This document shows, one piece after another, positions 8,626-18,570 of a DNA stretch of 64,000 nt (positions are counted from its first letter, which is position 1; the number at the start of each line of letters is the position of its first letter). The position numbers were made by a program, and so were the translations under genes. Source of the stretch: a virus; the IMG/VR virus record IMGVR_UViG_3300049855_000348, positions 1-64,000 of that record. One strand, 5' to 3'. The notes under the pieces were generated by a model that saw only the letters and a program-made list of their open reading frames with translations, did not search any database and was not told the origin of the DNA.

Positions 8626-9813
8626 GTGCCAACCCAGTTCGCATCCAATGTCAAAATCGGCCAGGACATCTTCGTCAACGATCTGGCGGTGTTGTATCTG
8701 TCGTACCGGATGCTCTGGGATAAGGGCAGCCGGCTCGATCTGTTGATCTTCGACCCTGACTGCAAGTTCCACCGGAGCCTGGAAGGCTTGGGTGGGGCAC
8801 CGTCGCCGGCAGTCGAGTTCCAGCTTGAGTACGAACCGTCTGAGGGGGCGCTCTACAAGAACAAGGGCACCAAGCACACCCTCTACCTGATCAAAGCTGG
8901 TCAGGTGCTGACCCCGCTCGGTCTCTGCCTGCGGCTGAAGGCCGTCGACAAGGCCAGCATGCTCCTGCGTGGCACTTCGCTCAACCACAACGCCAACGGG
9001 GTGAAGGCCGGCAAGTTCGTCGAGGCTCTGGCCGGTCGTGTCGGCATCACCGCCAAGATCCCCGACACCGGGGACAACGCCGGCTCTCACCGGGCGGTAC
9101 GTGCCAAGCCGATTGACGCCATCCGCTACGAACTGGACCGAGTGCTCTCCGGTGGTGGCAAGCCCATCAGTCTTCAGTTCGACGACCGTACCGATCAGCA
9201 GGTCCTGACCGGTTTCGAGGAACTGTACGACGCTCAGACTCAGCTACTCACCGACTCTCTCACCGGTGGCACCTACAGCTACGGCGTTGGCATCAAAGAG
9301 AACAATGGAGATTCGGTTTCTTACGGTAACGCCATCTACCATTGGGAACTCGATCAAGACTATCGTCCGGCCATCTGGGGTCACAAGGTCAGCATCGACC
9401 ACCTGAACTCGAAGGGCGAGCAGGTCACCGGTGAGATCTCGGCGAAGCTCTCGAAGAAGCTCGGCATCCAGGGTGACATCCTCGATGCTGGTTCGTCTCG
9501 CCTGCACCTGCCGATGAATGGTCCGGACTCAGCCACCTCAGACGACTACTACGCCAAGGCGGTGATGGTGAACTCAGTCTTCCAGACTGAGATGGCAGTG
9601 ACCAGTGGATGGATGCTGATCGACTCGGATTACAAAGCCTACGACGATCCTACTATTCTGAACCGGAAGCATGTAGTCGTTGCTCTAACAGGCGGAACCA
9701 ACGAGAAGAGTGGGAATGCGATCATTCCCAAGCAGGCGGTGATCATGGGCTTCGAGCATCGTATGACACGCAAGTCGGCCTATACCAGGGTCCACCTGCG
9801 TCGGGGTAGCTAA
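8626..9813 (+). CDS. hypothetical tail-module protein (immediately upstream of the tape measure gene)
   Basis: 395-aa ORF with a GTG start. Confidence 0.6.
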   Translation: MPTQFASNVKIGQDIFVNDLAVLYLSYRMLWDKGSRLDLLIFDPDCKFHRSLEGLGGAPSPAVEFQLEYEPSEGALYKNKGTKHTLYLIKAGQVLTPLGLCLRLKAVDKASMLLRGTSLNHNANGVKAGKFVEALAGRVGITAKIPDTGDNAGSHRAVRAKPIDAIRYELDRVLSGGGKPISLQFDDRTDQQVLTGFEELYDAQTQLLTDSLTGGTYSYGVGIKENNGDSVSYGNAIYHWELDQDYRPAIWGHKVSIDHLNSKGEQVTGEISAKLSKKLGIQGDILDAGSSRLHLPMNGPDSATSDDYYAKAVMVNSVFQTEMAVTSGWMLIDSDYKAYDDPTILNRKHVVVALTGGTNEKSGNAIIPKQAVIMGFEHRMTRKSAYTRVHLRRGS

Positions 9814-9814
9814 G
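9807..9814 (+). promoter_or_regulatory. TAGCTAAG variant of the class II box
   Basis: ggTAGCTAAGccATG, ending at the start at 9817. It contains the TAA stop of the upstream gene. Confidence 0.35.
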
Positions 9815-9816
9815 CC

Positions 9817-12360
9817 ATGGCCGAACCGATCATGCAGGAGGATGTTCTCGTCAACTTCATGGTTGGCGATGAAAAGGTTGTTGCCATGGCCAAGCGGCTG
9901 GCTGAGAACATCAATGGCGTCCGTGGTGCCTCTGAGCAACTGTCCAGTGGTCGTCATTTCATGAAGATGGCTGATGAAATCTTACACCTGGGAAAGGTGA
10001 TGGAGGCCATCAACTTCAACAAAATTCTCGACACCGCCTCCAGTGCGACCAACGATATGTTGAAGAACATGAGGGCTATCAGTGCCAGTGCCGGCATGAC
10101 GAGTAAACAGTTCGCAGAGTTGAATTCTGGCATCGTTGATGCGGCAGCACAGACCGGTGCAGAATTCGGGAACATCGCAGCGAGTGCTCGTGATCTTTTC
10201 GGCAGCACCGGTCTGAAAGAAGGTCTTGGTAAGTCCGTACTCGACGCTGAGCGTCTTGGTATGGTCTTCGACACGAGTTCTGGTTCTTTCGCCAAACTCA
10301 CTGCCAGCATGATCCAGTTCGGTGATGGCGCTGTTGATGCCAACGATGTGATGAAGTCGTTCGACAAGGTTACCGGCATCACCGGTAAGCGTATGGACGA
10401 TCTGTTGGAGTCGGTCACTGACATCAGCAAGACCATGCGGAATGCTGTCGGTAGTGGTAAGCAGTTCGGTGAAAACATGAAAGCCGTTTTGACTAATACG
10501 GCTCAGATCTCAGCACAGTTTACCGAGATGGGTGGCAGCGGTGCCTCTCTCAACGAACTGATGCAGGGTGTGATGGATCCCAACAAGTGGGGTGATATCG
10601 CACAGAAAATGCCGGGCATGGCTGGTCACTTGTTTGAGATGCAGCAGGCGATGGCGGCAGGAAACATGGATGCCTTCAACGCTGCGTTGAAGCAGGGTGC
10701 TGAAGATACCGCTGCGATGGGTGCCAACATGCCGGCCATCGCTCGTGTGGCATCAGGTATTGATTTCACCTCAGCAGAAATTCTTGGAAAGATTGATTTC
10801 AAGAAGGTCGGTACAGAGGCCGAGGGTACGAACGATGTGATGACTCGTTTTGCTGAGTTGTCACATGACCTTGGCACACGATGGGCTCAGTTCTCAAACA
10901 CGCTCTCGAAGAATCTGATGCCGGTTCTGAACATGATCATCGGTGGTATTTCCAAGCTGATGGGTTGGATCAACTTTGCCATGGATAGCCTTGGTCCAGT
11001 TGGTGGCCAGTTCCTTGCTTGGGGAATCGTCATCACAGGTGCAATGGTCAGCCTTCTTGCCGCAACGAAGATGTTCGCCAAGGGAGCGATCAAAGCAGTT
11101 TCCGAGACCGCTGCTGAAGCTGGTCATGGTGTTGGTAAAGCTGCCGGTTCAGTGGTTGGTGGCTTCATGGAAGCGATTGGCAAGGCTGCCTCATCGATTG
11201 CCAAGTATGCCGTTCCGATGTTGGTTATCTCTGCCGCCCTGCTCGTCTTCGCCGCAGCGGTCTACGTGCTCGCCAAGTCCTTCCAGGTCCTCGATAGTGT
11301 TGATCTCGGTCACGTTGCTCTGGGTCTGTTGTTGGTCATTGGTGCCTTCGCCGTATTCGCTATCGCAGCAGTCCTATTGGCACCGGTAGCGCCGGCTCTG
11401 ATCGTGGTTGGCTTGGCCTTCCTGGTCTTCGCCGCAAGCGTCTATGTGATGGCAGCCGCCTCGACCATCCTGGTGGCCTCCGCCATGGCTATGGGTGAAG
11501 TCCCATGGTCGGTACTCGCCGCTGGCTTCATGGAACTGGCACCAGCCCTGCTGGCTCTGTTCATCGCTGCTATGCCATGGGCGTCGCCGGTTGGCTGGCT
11601 GGTCTCTGCCGGTCTGGCTCTTCTCGGTACGTCGCTGGAAGGCGTCGCTGCATCCGCTCAGCAACTCGGCATGGGCTCGCTCAATGCAGCCAAGGGTCTC
11701 AAGGGAATCACTGACTCAGCAGACAAGATCAGTGCTCTGTCGGGGCTGGACTTCACTGGCCTGGAGAAGCTGGGCAACGCCGTCTCTGCCTACAACGTTC
11801 AGGTCACCACCAGCATCAGTGGCAAGACCACCGGTGGCAATGCTGTGCTCAAGGGTATCCAAGAGTCGATCGCCTCGGTGGTCAACACCGTCAAGTCGAT
11901 GCAGGACTTCTCGGTCGATGGTACCCAGGCCATCCTCGATCCGATTCGTGAGATGACTGCCATGGGTACACTGTTCGCCTCCGGCAAGGACAAAGATCTG
12001 CTCTACTTCGCTGCTACGCTCACTGCCTTCATGGGCATGATGCACAATGCCGCTGGCTCCTTCAGCGAAGGTGACTTCGACAAGCTCGGCATCGCAGCTA
12101 GCAAGCTGGAGAACGTGCAGGCAGCTATCAGTCATGACGTGAAGATCAGCACCAAAACTGGCGCTGAGTTGGCTCTCGAAGACCACACCGCTGCTACCGC
12201 TGAACACCAGAAGAACGTCGAGACCCTGTTGGCTGATATCCGTGATGGCATTGATCGCATCAATGGTGGCCCTGGCTCTAAGCAGGTTGCTGAGTACAAC
12301 GGAGGAACCCCAAGCTGGCGTCCTGAAAGTCTGTTCTCGTCTGAGGGAGAGAGCTTCTAA
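9817..12360 (+). CDS. tail tape measure protein
   Basis: 847 aa. The N-terminal region has TMP-core character (Ala/Gly/Ser/Met-rich helical repeats such as ...AGMTSKQFAELNSGIVDAAAQTGAEFGNIAASARDLF...). A central run holds several hydrophobic segments. Confidence 0.8.
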   Translation: MAEPIMQEDVLVNFMVGDEKVVAMAKRLAENINGVRGASEQLSSGRHFMKMADEILHLGKVMEAINFNKILDTASSATNDMLKNMRAISASAGMTSKQFAELNSGIVDAAAQTGAEFGNIAASARDLFGSTGLKEGLGKSVLDAERLGMVFDTSSGSFAKLTASMIQFGDGAVDANDVMKSFDKVTGITGKRMDDLLESVTDISKTMRNAVGSGKQFGENMKAVLTNTAQISAQFTEMGGSGASLNELMQGVMDPNKWGDIAQKMPGMAGHLFEMQQAMAAGNMDAFNAALKQGAEDTAAMGANMPAIARVASGIDFTSAEILGKIDFKKVGTEAEGTNDVMTRFAELSHDLGTRWAQFSNTLSKNLMPVLNMIIGGISKLMGWINFAMDSLGPVGGQFLAWGIVITGAMVSLLAATKMFAKGAIKAVSETAAEAGHGVGKAAGSVVGGFMEAIGKAASSIAKYAVPMLVISAALLVFAAAVYVLAKSFQVLDSVDLGHVALGLLLVIGAFAVFAIAAVLLAPVAPALIVVGLAFLVFAASVYVMAAASTILVASAMAMGEVPWSVLAAGFMELAPALLALFIAAMPWASPVGWLVSAGLALLGTSLEGVAASAQQLGMGSLNAAKGLKGITDSADKISALSGLDFTGLEKLGNAVSAYNVQVTTSISGKTTGGNAVLKGIQESIASVVNTVKSMQDFSVDGTQAILDPIREMTAMGTLFASGKDKDLLYFAATLTAFMGMMHNAAGSFSEGDFDKLGIAASKLENVQAAISHDVKISTKTGAELALEDHTAATAEHQKNVETLLADIRDGIDRINGGPGSKQVAEYNGGTPSWRPESLFSSEGESF

Positions 12361-13733
12361 TGGCTAAAGAAAAAATTGGTGCAGCCGGCATGACCCGTGG
12401 CCCCGTTCAGGGTGCTGACGTTGGTGCCACTCGTAATTCTCCTCCGCTATCGGCACAGGAGCAGGAGGCGAATCGTCAGAGTGATGAAGTCAACATCGCT
12501 GACGCCAAGACCAACATTGCCAACAACAACATGCCGGCAGCCAACCAGAATGTGGCCAATATCCATGATCCGCAGAAACGCATTGAAATGCACAATCAGT
12601 TGGCTGCTGCTGGTGGTGCCGAGTCTCCGCCCGCGAGCCTGTTCAAAGATGGTAGCGGCGGACTCTCTGATCCGCTAGCTCTCTTCTTTATGATGGTGTT
12701 TTACCTCGACAAGGCTTCGCCGACATTCAACTGGAATGATGTGCTGAAGACCGCCAGCGATAATGGCGGGGACAACGTCAAATTCGGAACCATCAAGGTC
12801 GAGGATGGTTTCCTCCCACAACGCCGCTTCAGCGATTCCAACGTTCAGACACCACCAGTGGTTTCATCGAGTGCTGGAAACACCAGTCCAGAAACCACAC
12901 GTGAACTCAACACAAAGCAGACCGAGGTCGGTGCGCAGAAAGATGCCAACCCCAACCCGACAGCCGTCAGTCAGGGTCAGGGCACGTCTGAAAAGAAGGC
13001 CGGTAACGTCATTGTCTGGCCAACCCAGACTATGCCGATCATCTCTGGTGGTATGAACAAGAGTGTTGATTGGCCAAGTCAATCAGTGGCGACTTTGGCT
13101 GAACCAGTTCTCTCGCTCAACAAGGGTGCTTCACCTATCGAGATCGACATCGAGTTCGTCTATGCCGTTGGTACCTTCGGCATCGGTGATGGTGAGATCA
13201 GCGGCTACAGCAGTGTTGGTGACAAGGACCGTGGAGGTGAACCAGCCAGCACATCAGAGCCGCCTCTGACGAACCGCCAGAAGGGCTGGTGGACTGTTGA
13301 GGAGATCATGGGTGCGATGTATCTCGCCACCTCCCTAGTCTATCCATTCAAGAGCAGTCAGGTAGTATCCAAGGGAGTGAAGGACAAGGAGAGTGCTGGT
13401 GCTCAAGCGCAGTTCCCTGTGATCTTCATGCGGCATTACAGCCTCTTCCCCTTCCTGACGCCGTTCGTCGTCAAGGCGGTCAAGATCGAGCCAGATGAGG
13501 AACAGCCGCTCATCGTGACGGAACCACTCAACCTCAACAAGACCATGAAGTCTCACCTGACCTTCCCAGCCGTGCGTCAGGTCGTGAAGATCACCCTATC
13601 GATGATCTCGGCTCACTACTACCTGCCGGTCTTTGGTGGTAAGGACGAAGGCAATCAGATTCAGATTCAAACTTCAGGTGAGACCTATCTTGCCCTGGCT
13701 CAAAGTCTCTTGGGTAAAAGGTTAGAAAAATAA
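12360..13733 (+). CDS. hypothetical tail/baseplate-associated protein
   Basis: 457-aa ORF. Its ATG overlaps the TMP stop (TAATG). Confidence 0.6.
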   Translation: MAKEKIGAAGMTRGPVQGADVGATRNSPPLSAQEQEANRQSDEVNIADAKTNIANNNMPAANQNVANIHDPQKRIEMHNQLAAAGGAESPPASLFKDGSGGLSDPLALFFMMVFYLDKASPTFNWNDVLKTASDNGGDNVKFGTIKVEDGFLPQRRFSDSNVQTPPVVSSSAGNTSPETTRELNTKQTEVGAQKDANPNPTAVSQGQGTSEKKAGNVIVWPTQTMPIISGGMNKSVDWPSQSVATLAEPVLSLNKGASPIEIDIEFVYAVGTFGIGDGEISGYSSVGDKDRGGEPASTSEPPLTNRQKGWWTVEEIMGAMYLATSLVYPFKSSQVVSKGVKDKESAGAQAQFPVIFMRHYSLFPFLTPFVVKAVKIEPDEEQPLIVTEPLNLNKTMKSHLTFPAVRQVVKITLSMISAHYYLPVFGGKDEGNQIQIQTSGETYLALAQSLLGKRLEK

Positions 13734-13738
13734 ACCAT

Positions 13739-14059
13739 ATGCCTGACTATGGAAGTAACAGCCGTTTCAGCACAGACGACGAATTCAAGGTCGTCACCCG
13801 TAAAGGCGTGACCCTTGGTACAGTCACCATCATGCCAGTCCCCAACCGTGGGCCGGACGACTCGCAGTACATCGTACCGCTGAACTTCCAATACCGGTGG
13901 GATCTCCTGGCCAACGCATTGCTGGGTGATCCAAACGACAAGTGGATCCTGATGCGCCACAATCGCATTGAGGACCCGTTTACCGGTCCTTTGGCCGGTG
14001 ATCGTCTGCTGGTGCCTACGGCTGATCAGATCGCTTATTACAGGGGTCAGCAGAGCTAA
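13739..14059 (+). CDS. small tail-module protein (possibly tail-X/LysM-like)
   Basis: 106 aa. The C-terminal ...WDLLANALLGDPNDKWILMRHNRIEDPF..LAGDRLLVP pattern gives only a weak resemblance. Confidence 0.45.
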   Translation: MPDYGSNSRFSTDDEFKVVTRKGVTLGTVTIMPVPNRGPDDSQYIVPLNFQYRWDLLANALLGDPNDKWILMRHNRIEDPFTGPLAGDRLLVPTADQIAYYRGQQS

Positions 14060-14081
14060 GTGTTCGGTCCAGAGTGAACGG

Positions 14082-14109
14082 TTGACATAGATTGTGGTGT
14101 CGCTAATAA
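14082..14109 (+). promoter_or_regulatory. class I promoter, upstream member of a tandem pair
   Basis: TTGACATAGATtgtggtGTCGCTAATAA. Confidence 0.6.
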
Positions 14110-14134
14110 ATTGGCATGCGCCCACAACCAGTCG

Positions 14135-14162
14135 TTGACTTCGACCCTTTTGTCGCTATACT
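14135..14162 (+). promoter_or_regulatory. class I promoter with leaderless geometry
   Basis: TTGACTTCGACccttttGTCGCTATACT. The ATG at 14169 lies exactly 7 nt after the -10 hexamer. Confidence 0.75.
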
Positions 14163-14168
14163 GTGAGC

Positions 14169-14510
14169 ATGCAAAAGAAACTCATCACCCTGGAACTCGA
14201 AACTGAAGTCGGTGGCCCGGCGCGGATGCCCCGTGCGCCCCAACTGCCAGTCCCCGAAACCTACTTCGATACCCTGTGGATGGCGATCGAAGGGTGGTAC
14301 AACTACCTCAGCTTCAAAGGTGCGCAGAAGGGCTGGGGTGAGCCCGCGACCTTCCTGTCTGATCTGGATGTCAAGGTGATGTACGCCGGACAGACCCAGC
14401 AGTTCCTGATCCCCTACGTCAACGGCAAGGGCAGCCACGCCATGCTGATCACCATCTACAAGCGCGACGAAGGTCAGCGCGTGTACGAGGTCACCGCTTA
14501 CAACTCCTGA
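14169..14510 (+). CDS. hypothetical early protein (probably a leaderless mRNA)
   Basis: ATG at the predicted +1. The ORF track's GTG at 14163 would lie inside the -10/discriminator region. Confidence 0.55.
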   Translation: MQKKLITLELETEVGGPARMPRAPQLPVPETYFDTLWMAIEGWYNYLSFKGAQKGWGEPATFLSDLDVKVMYAGQTQQFLIPYVNGKGSHAMLITIYKRDEGQRVYEVTAYNS

Positions 14511-14516
14511 GGATTC

Positions 14517-15059
14517 ATGAGCCCACAAGAGATCATGCGAGCCTACCCAGTAGGCCGCATCCTTGAACTGTCACCTGAGGCGAAGCATCGCATCAAGTTC
14601 CTGGCAGTGTGCCTTGATAACATCGACCTCTGCCAGCGTAAATTGCAAGACAAGCTCGGTGGAATGCATGCAATCGGCCAGCCCGTCACCGGCGAGCAGA
14701 TCACCGAGGTGATCGACAACATGCTCGATGCCCAACCGTTCGAGGGGATGATCTCGCTCACCCTCGGCGAGGGATGGAATGGTCCGGAAGCGATCATCCA
14801 CGCCAAGAATTCGGCTCGATGCCTGCGCAAGGTCATCTGGTCGGTGATCTACGACGATGTCGTCGCCACCTACAGCATCACGTTCTCGGTCTGGAAGAAA
14901 CTCAAGTGCTCGCTGCTGGAGAATCCACCCGGTGGTGGCGTTCTCATTCGTGGCTACGAGTTCGCCGAGAAGGAACTCGGACACGAGGGTAAGTCGAACC
15001 GCCCTGATGTCTGTCCCGACTTCCCACCGATGGGTCTCATGGATGAGGATGAGGAATGA
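14517..15059 (+). CDS. hypothetical protein
   Basis: 180-aa ORF with GAGGA upstream of the ATG. Confidence 0.6.
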   Translation: MSPQEIMRAYPVGRILELSPEAKHRIKFLAVCLDNIDLCQRKLQDKLGGMHAIGQPVTGEQITEVIDNMLDAQPFEGMISLTLGEGWNGPEAIIHAKNSARCLRKVIWSVIYDDVVATYSITFSVWKKLKCSLLENPPGGGVLIRGYEFAEKELGHEGKSNRPDVCPDFPPMGLMDEDEE

Positions 15060-16957
15060 GCAACCTCAACCAAATCATGGAAGCGATCATGTGCTCGGAC
15101 ACCGGCGAGGAGGTCGACACCGACCCGATCGTTGGCCAGCTTGCCGGTGGAAACGCCGTCAGTTGGAAACCGTCTGACCAGATGCTTCAGGCTGCTGCCT
15201 CCCTCGGTTACGGCCAAGGCGTCTCACAGTTGAAGCCGATGATGACCCCCAAGGGTCGTCTGATCGGCTTCCCCTTCCCGACCCCACGTCCCTTTCAACT
15301 TGAAGCTGTGGATGCCGTGCTCGAAGAGTTCAAGGCCGGCAACAACGTTCTATTCGAGGCTGGTACCGGGTTCGGTAAGTCACCACTGGAGATCGGTGTC
15401 GTCTCGGCCTTCCAGTCCGCCTACCTGCTCATCGGTCGCAATGATCTGGTCGACCAATGGGAGCGTGACTTCGATCACTTCAGCAAGATCGGCTTCTACA
15501 AAGCTCGTGCTCGCTTCGACTGCACAGAGATCTCCGGCGATCGTGGCCCTCTCAACTGTTCCCAGGCCAAGACCCCCTGCGGCAAGAAGCGCCAGAGCAA
15601 AGACAACGACTGCCAAGCCTGCCCCTACGCCGTGAATCGTGATGTGGCGCTCGCCAAGCCCTACACCGTGATGACGCTGTCCCTGGGGATGACCATCTTC
15701 AAACACCTCCAGATGCACCCTGGCGTGACCAAGCGTGACGTGATGGTGATCGACGAGTGCTCAGAGCTTGAGTCTGAGATCATGAAGTTCTTCGAGTTCC
15801 AGGTGTCGACCAAGACGCTCTTCCGGGCAATTCAGAAGACGATCACCATGGGTCAGTTCTTCAGCGAAGGGGATGATTTCTATAGCCGCTGGCCGAACGT
15901 CACGCCCAGCACCAACTTCGCCATCGCCATCAACCAAATGCGCCCGATTTCAGACACCTCCGCCTGCTTCCGTTGGGCGATCGAGATCTCAGGCATTGCC
16001 CAGCAACGCATGAACTGGCTTGGTGCCGGCCAGAAGTCCGAGGAGGCTGAGAAGATCGCCGAAGCCTGCGAACAGATCATCCGCATGTGCAAGCAGGTGA
16101 TCGACGCCATCGGCGACAACGTGCCCTACTTCGGGGAGATGGTCCCAGATGAGGTTGATGGCACCTACAAGGTCCGCGTCTCCCCCCTGGAGGCTAAGGG
16201 CATGCTGAGGCGTCTCCTGGCCCCGTACGCGAAACATCTCCTGTTCGTGAGTGCTACGACCGGGTCAGCCGAGATGTTCGCTAGAACGCACTCCCTGCCC
16301 AAGGAAGCGCCTGTCGTCAAGGTGACCGCCCCGTCCGGCTTCCCGGTGGCCAATCGTATGGTCTACAACCTGCGTGCCGGCAACATGAGTAACAAGACCC
16401 AGGTGGCCGACTCCCCCTTGGTCCTGAAGATGCTGGTCGACCTCGCCACCCAACGCCAGTCAGAGCAGCCCCGGTTCGATCACATCAACCAGAAGGGCAT
16501 CATCCACACCTACAACAACAAGATCACGGACATGGTCCTGGAAGCCTTCCGGTCGGCTGGCCTTGGTCACCGGGTGATCCCTCTCAAGGGGTCTGGCAAG
16601 GCTCGTGAGCAGGCCATGGAGATCTTCACCAAGACCACCCAGCCGCTGATCCTGGTCAGTCCCTCGGCGATGCTCGGCCTGTCTCTGAATGACGATCTGG
16701 CCCGCTGGCAGGCCATCGTGAAGGTACCGTACCCGTACCTCGGGGATCAGAGCATTGCCCATCGCAAGGAGACAATCGCAGGCTGGTACGAGTGGCAGAC
16801 CGCCAAGGATCTGATCCAGACCTTCGGTCGCATCGTGCGCTCAGACAGCGACTGGGGATCCACCTACATCCTCGACGACGCCTTCACCGGGTTCTACTCC
16901 CGCAACAGTGATCTCTTTCCTGCGTTCATCCGCGAAGCCATCTGGCAGAAGCCGTGA
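15056..16957 (+). CDS. XPD/DinG-family (Rad3-like) ATP-dependent DNA helicase with a 4-Cys Fe-S-type insertion
   Basis: Walker A FEAGTGFGKS, a DEAH-like VIDECSE, and the Cys cluster C..C..C...C..C between motifs I and II. The C-terminal FGRIVRSDSDWGSTYILDDAF is typical of DinG/XPD. Confidence 0.75.
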   Translation: MSNLNQIMEAIMCSDTGEEVDTDPIVGQLAGGNAVSWKPSDQMLQAAASLGYGQGVSQLKPMMTPKGRLIGFPFPTPRPFQLEAVDAVLEEFKAGNNVLFEAGTGFGKSPLEIGVVSAFQSAYLLIGRNDLVDQWERDFDHFSKIGFYKARARFDCTEISGDRGPLNCSQAKTPCGKKRQSKDNDCQACPYAVNRDVALAKPYTVMTLSLGMTIFKHLQMHPGVTKRDVMVIDECSELESEIMKFFEFQVSTKTLFRAIQKTITMGQFFSEGDDFYSRWPNVTPSTNFAIAINQMRPISDTSACFRWAIEISGIAQQRMNWLGAGQKSEEAEKIAEACEQIIRMCKQVIDAIGDNVPYFGEMVPDEVDGTYKVRVSPLEAKGMLRRLLAPYAKHLLFVSATTGSAEMFARTHSLPKEAPVVKVTAPSGFPVANRMVYNLRAGNMSNKTQVADSPLVLKMLVDLATQRQSEQPRFDHINQKGIIHTYNNKITDMVLEAFRSAGLGHRVIPLKGSGKAREQAMEIFTKTTQPLILVSPSAMLGLSLNDDLARWQAIVKVPYPYLGDQSIAHRKETIAGWYEWQTAKDLIQTFGRIVRSDSDWGSTYILDDAFTGFYSRNSDLFPAFIREAIWQKP

Positions 16958-17145
16958 TCGAGATCCACATCGACGAAGTTACGTGGATGAGTGCTGATCC
17001 TGAAACACAGGAAGCAGCGAAACGTTCATGGCCTCCTGGCTATTTTCTTTTTCTACACGTGGTCGACCCAACGGGCCAGAAGCTCGGTCGCCATCGCTGG
17101 GATCGCCACTACCCATCTCTACCAAAGGAATCTTCATGTCCCTGA
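16954..17145 (+). CDS. small hypothetical protein
   Basis: 63 aa. The GTG overlaps the helicase stop (GTGA). Confidence 0.4.
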   Translation: MIEIHIDEVTWMSADPETQEAAKRSWPPGYFLFLHVVDPTGQKLGRHRWDRHYPSLPKESSCP

Positions 17146-17612
17146 CCAATCTCACTGAACACGCTCAGCGTGTTCTCTCCTTCATGCTCCGTGCGAAACA
17201 GAATTGCCCGGTTGTGCCGACCTTGCCTGATGAAAAGACGCGGATTCTACGGGCGAAGTTGATCTTTGAGGAGGCGATGGAACTCATCAAGGATGGTCTG
17301 GGAATCGATGTCAGCATCGAGACCGACAAGGAAGGGAATGCTGAGTACGCTTTCAAAATCGTCGGCCCTGGTGATCTCGTGCAGATCGCCGATGGCTTCG
17401 CTGATCTCTCGGTGGTGAACACCGGCACGGCGCTCGCCTGCGGCATGGAAGATGTTCGTCTGTTGGAGATCGTCGACCGCAACAACCTCGCCAAGTTCCG
17501 CCCTGGTCATTCATTCCGCGAGGATGGCAAGTTGATCAAGCCACCTGACCACCAGAAGCCGGACTTCAAATCTGAACTCATGCTTCAGGAACACGCAGCG
17601 AAACATGCCTGA
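17136..17612 (+). CDS. MazG-like/PRA-PH-like nucleotide pyrophosphohydrolase
   Basis: ATG at 17136 after AAGGAA. The helical protein carries LIFEEAMELI and IADGFADL acidic motifs. Confidence 0.55.
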   Translation: MSLTNLTEHAQRVLSFMLRAKQNCPVVPTLPDEKTRILRAKLIFEEAMELIKDGLGIDVSIETDKEGNAEYAFKIVGPGDLVQIADGFADLSVVNTGTALACGMEDVRLLEIVDRNNLAKFRPGHSFREDGKLIKPPDHQKPDFKSELMLQEHAAKHA

Positions 17613-17859
17613 AAAAGTTCCATTCGTCCAAGAACCAGACACGTTCATCACTGCAAAACCAGTCGAGAAAAAGGCTGGGAAGCAATGGGTCGTGAAGAAA
17701 GTTCACACCACTATCAAAATCATGGATCAAGATATTCCAATGAAAGATCCAGAAAGTGGTGTGGTTGGTTTTCTGCCAGTTCTGGATGATTATGAGAAAG
17801 CACTTCGTTTCGTAGATGGTGATAGAAGTCTTCTAGCCGGTATCGAACCGGTCACTTGA
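17605..17859 (+). CDS. small hypothetical protein
   Basis: 84 aa. It overlaps the upstream stop, and its own stop overlaps the 5' end of the first tRNA-like RNA. Confidence 0.5.
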   Translation: MPEKVPFVQEPDTFITAKPVEKKAGKQWVVKKVHTTIKIMDQDIPMKDPESGVVGFLPVLDDYEKALRFVDGDRSLLAGIEPVT

Positions 17860-18008
17860 CTCCTATGGTAGCCGTGAAAGCGCAAGGTGTAAAACCCCCA
17901 GGCGAGTAGAACGGAAGGAATCCGAAGTGGGTAGTTGACCAAGCTGTGGCCACAGCCGTCAGCGAGAGCGGAGGAGATAGGTGGGTTCGATTCCTGCCGG
18001 AGTCACCA
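17858..18008 (+). ncRNA. 151-nt tRNA-like RNA with an acceptor stem, T-arm and encoded CCA but a greatly expanded body
   Basis: 5' GACTCC pairs with 3' GGAGTC-A-CCA. The T-arm is GTGGG-TTCGATT-CCTGC. The body carries a copy of the CAAGG..CCCCCAG loop motif and a GCTGTGGCCACAGC palindrome. Confidence 0.5.
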
Positions 18009-18016
18009 AATGCTGT

Positions 18017-18055
18017 GTCCGTGATGGTTATTTTCTTCGGAAACCCATCACGGAC
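18017..18055 (+). other. 11-bp perfect hairpin
   Basis: GTCCGTGATGG-ttattttcttcggaaac-CCATCACGGAC, read directly. Confidence 0.7.
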
Positions 18056-18308
18056 AAGAACCTACGACACACTTGCCAAATTGTTCTTGCAACTGAAATC
18101 AGTCTTGCTACACCTCCACGTACCAGCCATGAGACCTCTCACCTCCATACCAGCCGTTCGCGCCACCAAGTGGCAAGCGAAGCCCATGACCAAAACGGTC
18201 AATGGCGCACAGGGTTGCTTTGGAGTGACAACTGAACGCAATCAGGCCGATCACATTCCGGAACCAGGGTTCATGTAGCAGACAAGGGTAAAACCTCCAA
18301 GCCACATG

Positions 18309-18350
18309 AACCCCGGGACCAAAAAGTCTCGGGGTTCTTCTTTTTCTGAT
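18309..18350 (+). terminator. terminator-like hairpin with a T-rich tail
   Basis: AACCCCGGGAC-caaaaa-GTCTCGGGGTT followed by CTTCTTTTT. Confidence 0.55.
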
Positions 18351-18490
18351 CCTCACGGATCTTGACAACTTTATAATCGTGGAAGCCAATGAGGGGAGAA
18401 ATCCCTTCATTCTTGGACCTACCATCCTGTTCTACTAGACAGGGAAGCCTGTGGGGAGAAATCCTCTAGCCGTGGTGGTGGTCCTGGTAT

Positions 18491-18565
18491 CGTCGAGTAT
18501 TTCAGCGGAAGAATATCTGCATGACATGCAGAAGGTCGGTGGTTCGATCCCACCCTCGACGACCA
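18491..18565 (+). tRNA. tRNA-Val(GAC)
   Basis: 75 nt. Acceptor cgtcgag/ctcgacg, T-arm ggtgg-ttcgatc-ccacc, anticodon arm tctgc-atGACat-gcaga, CCA encoded. Confidence 0.7.
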
Positions 18566-18570
18566 AACAA

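Noticed and set aside
17858-18008. tmRNA (ssrA) interpretation of the 151-nt CCA-ending RNA
   Set aside because: It is much shorter than known tmRNAs. I found no tag-like reading frame ending in Ala-Ala-stop, and no resume-codon context.
18362-18377. TTGACA and TATAAT hexamers at 18362 and 18372
   Set aside because: They are only 4 nt apart, so they cannot act together as a -35/-10 pair. No properly spaced partner is visible for either.
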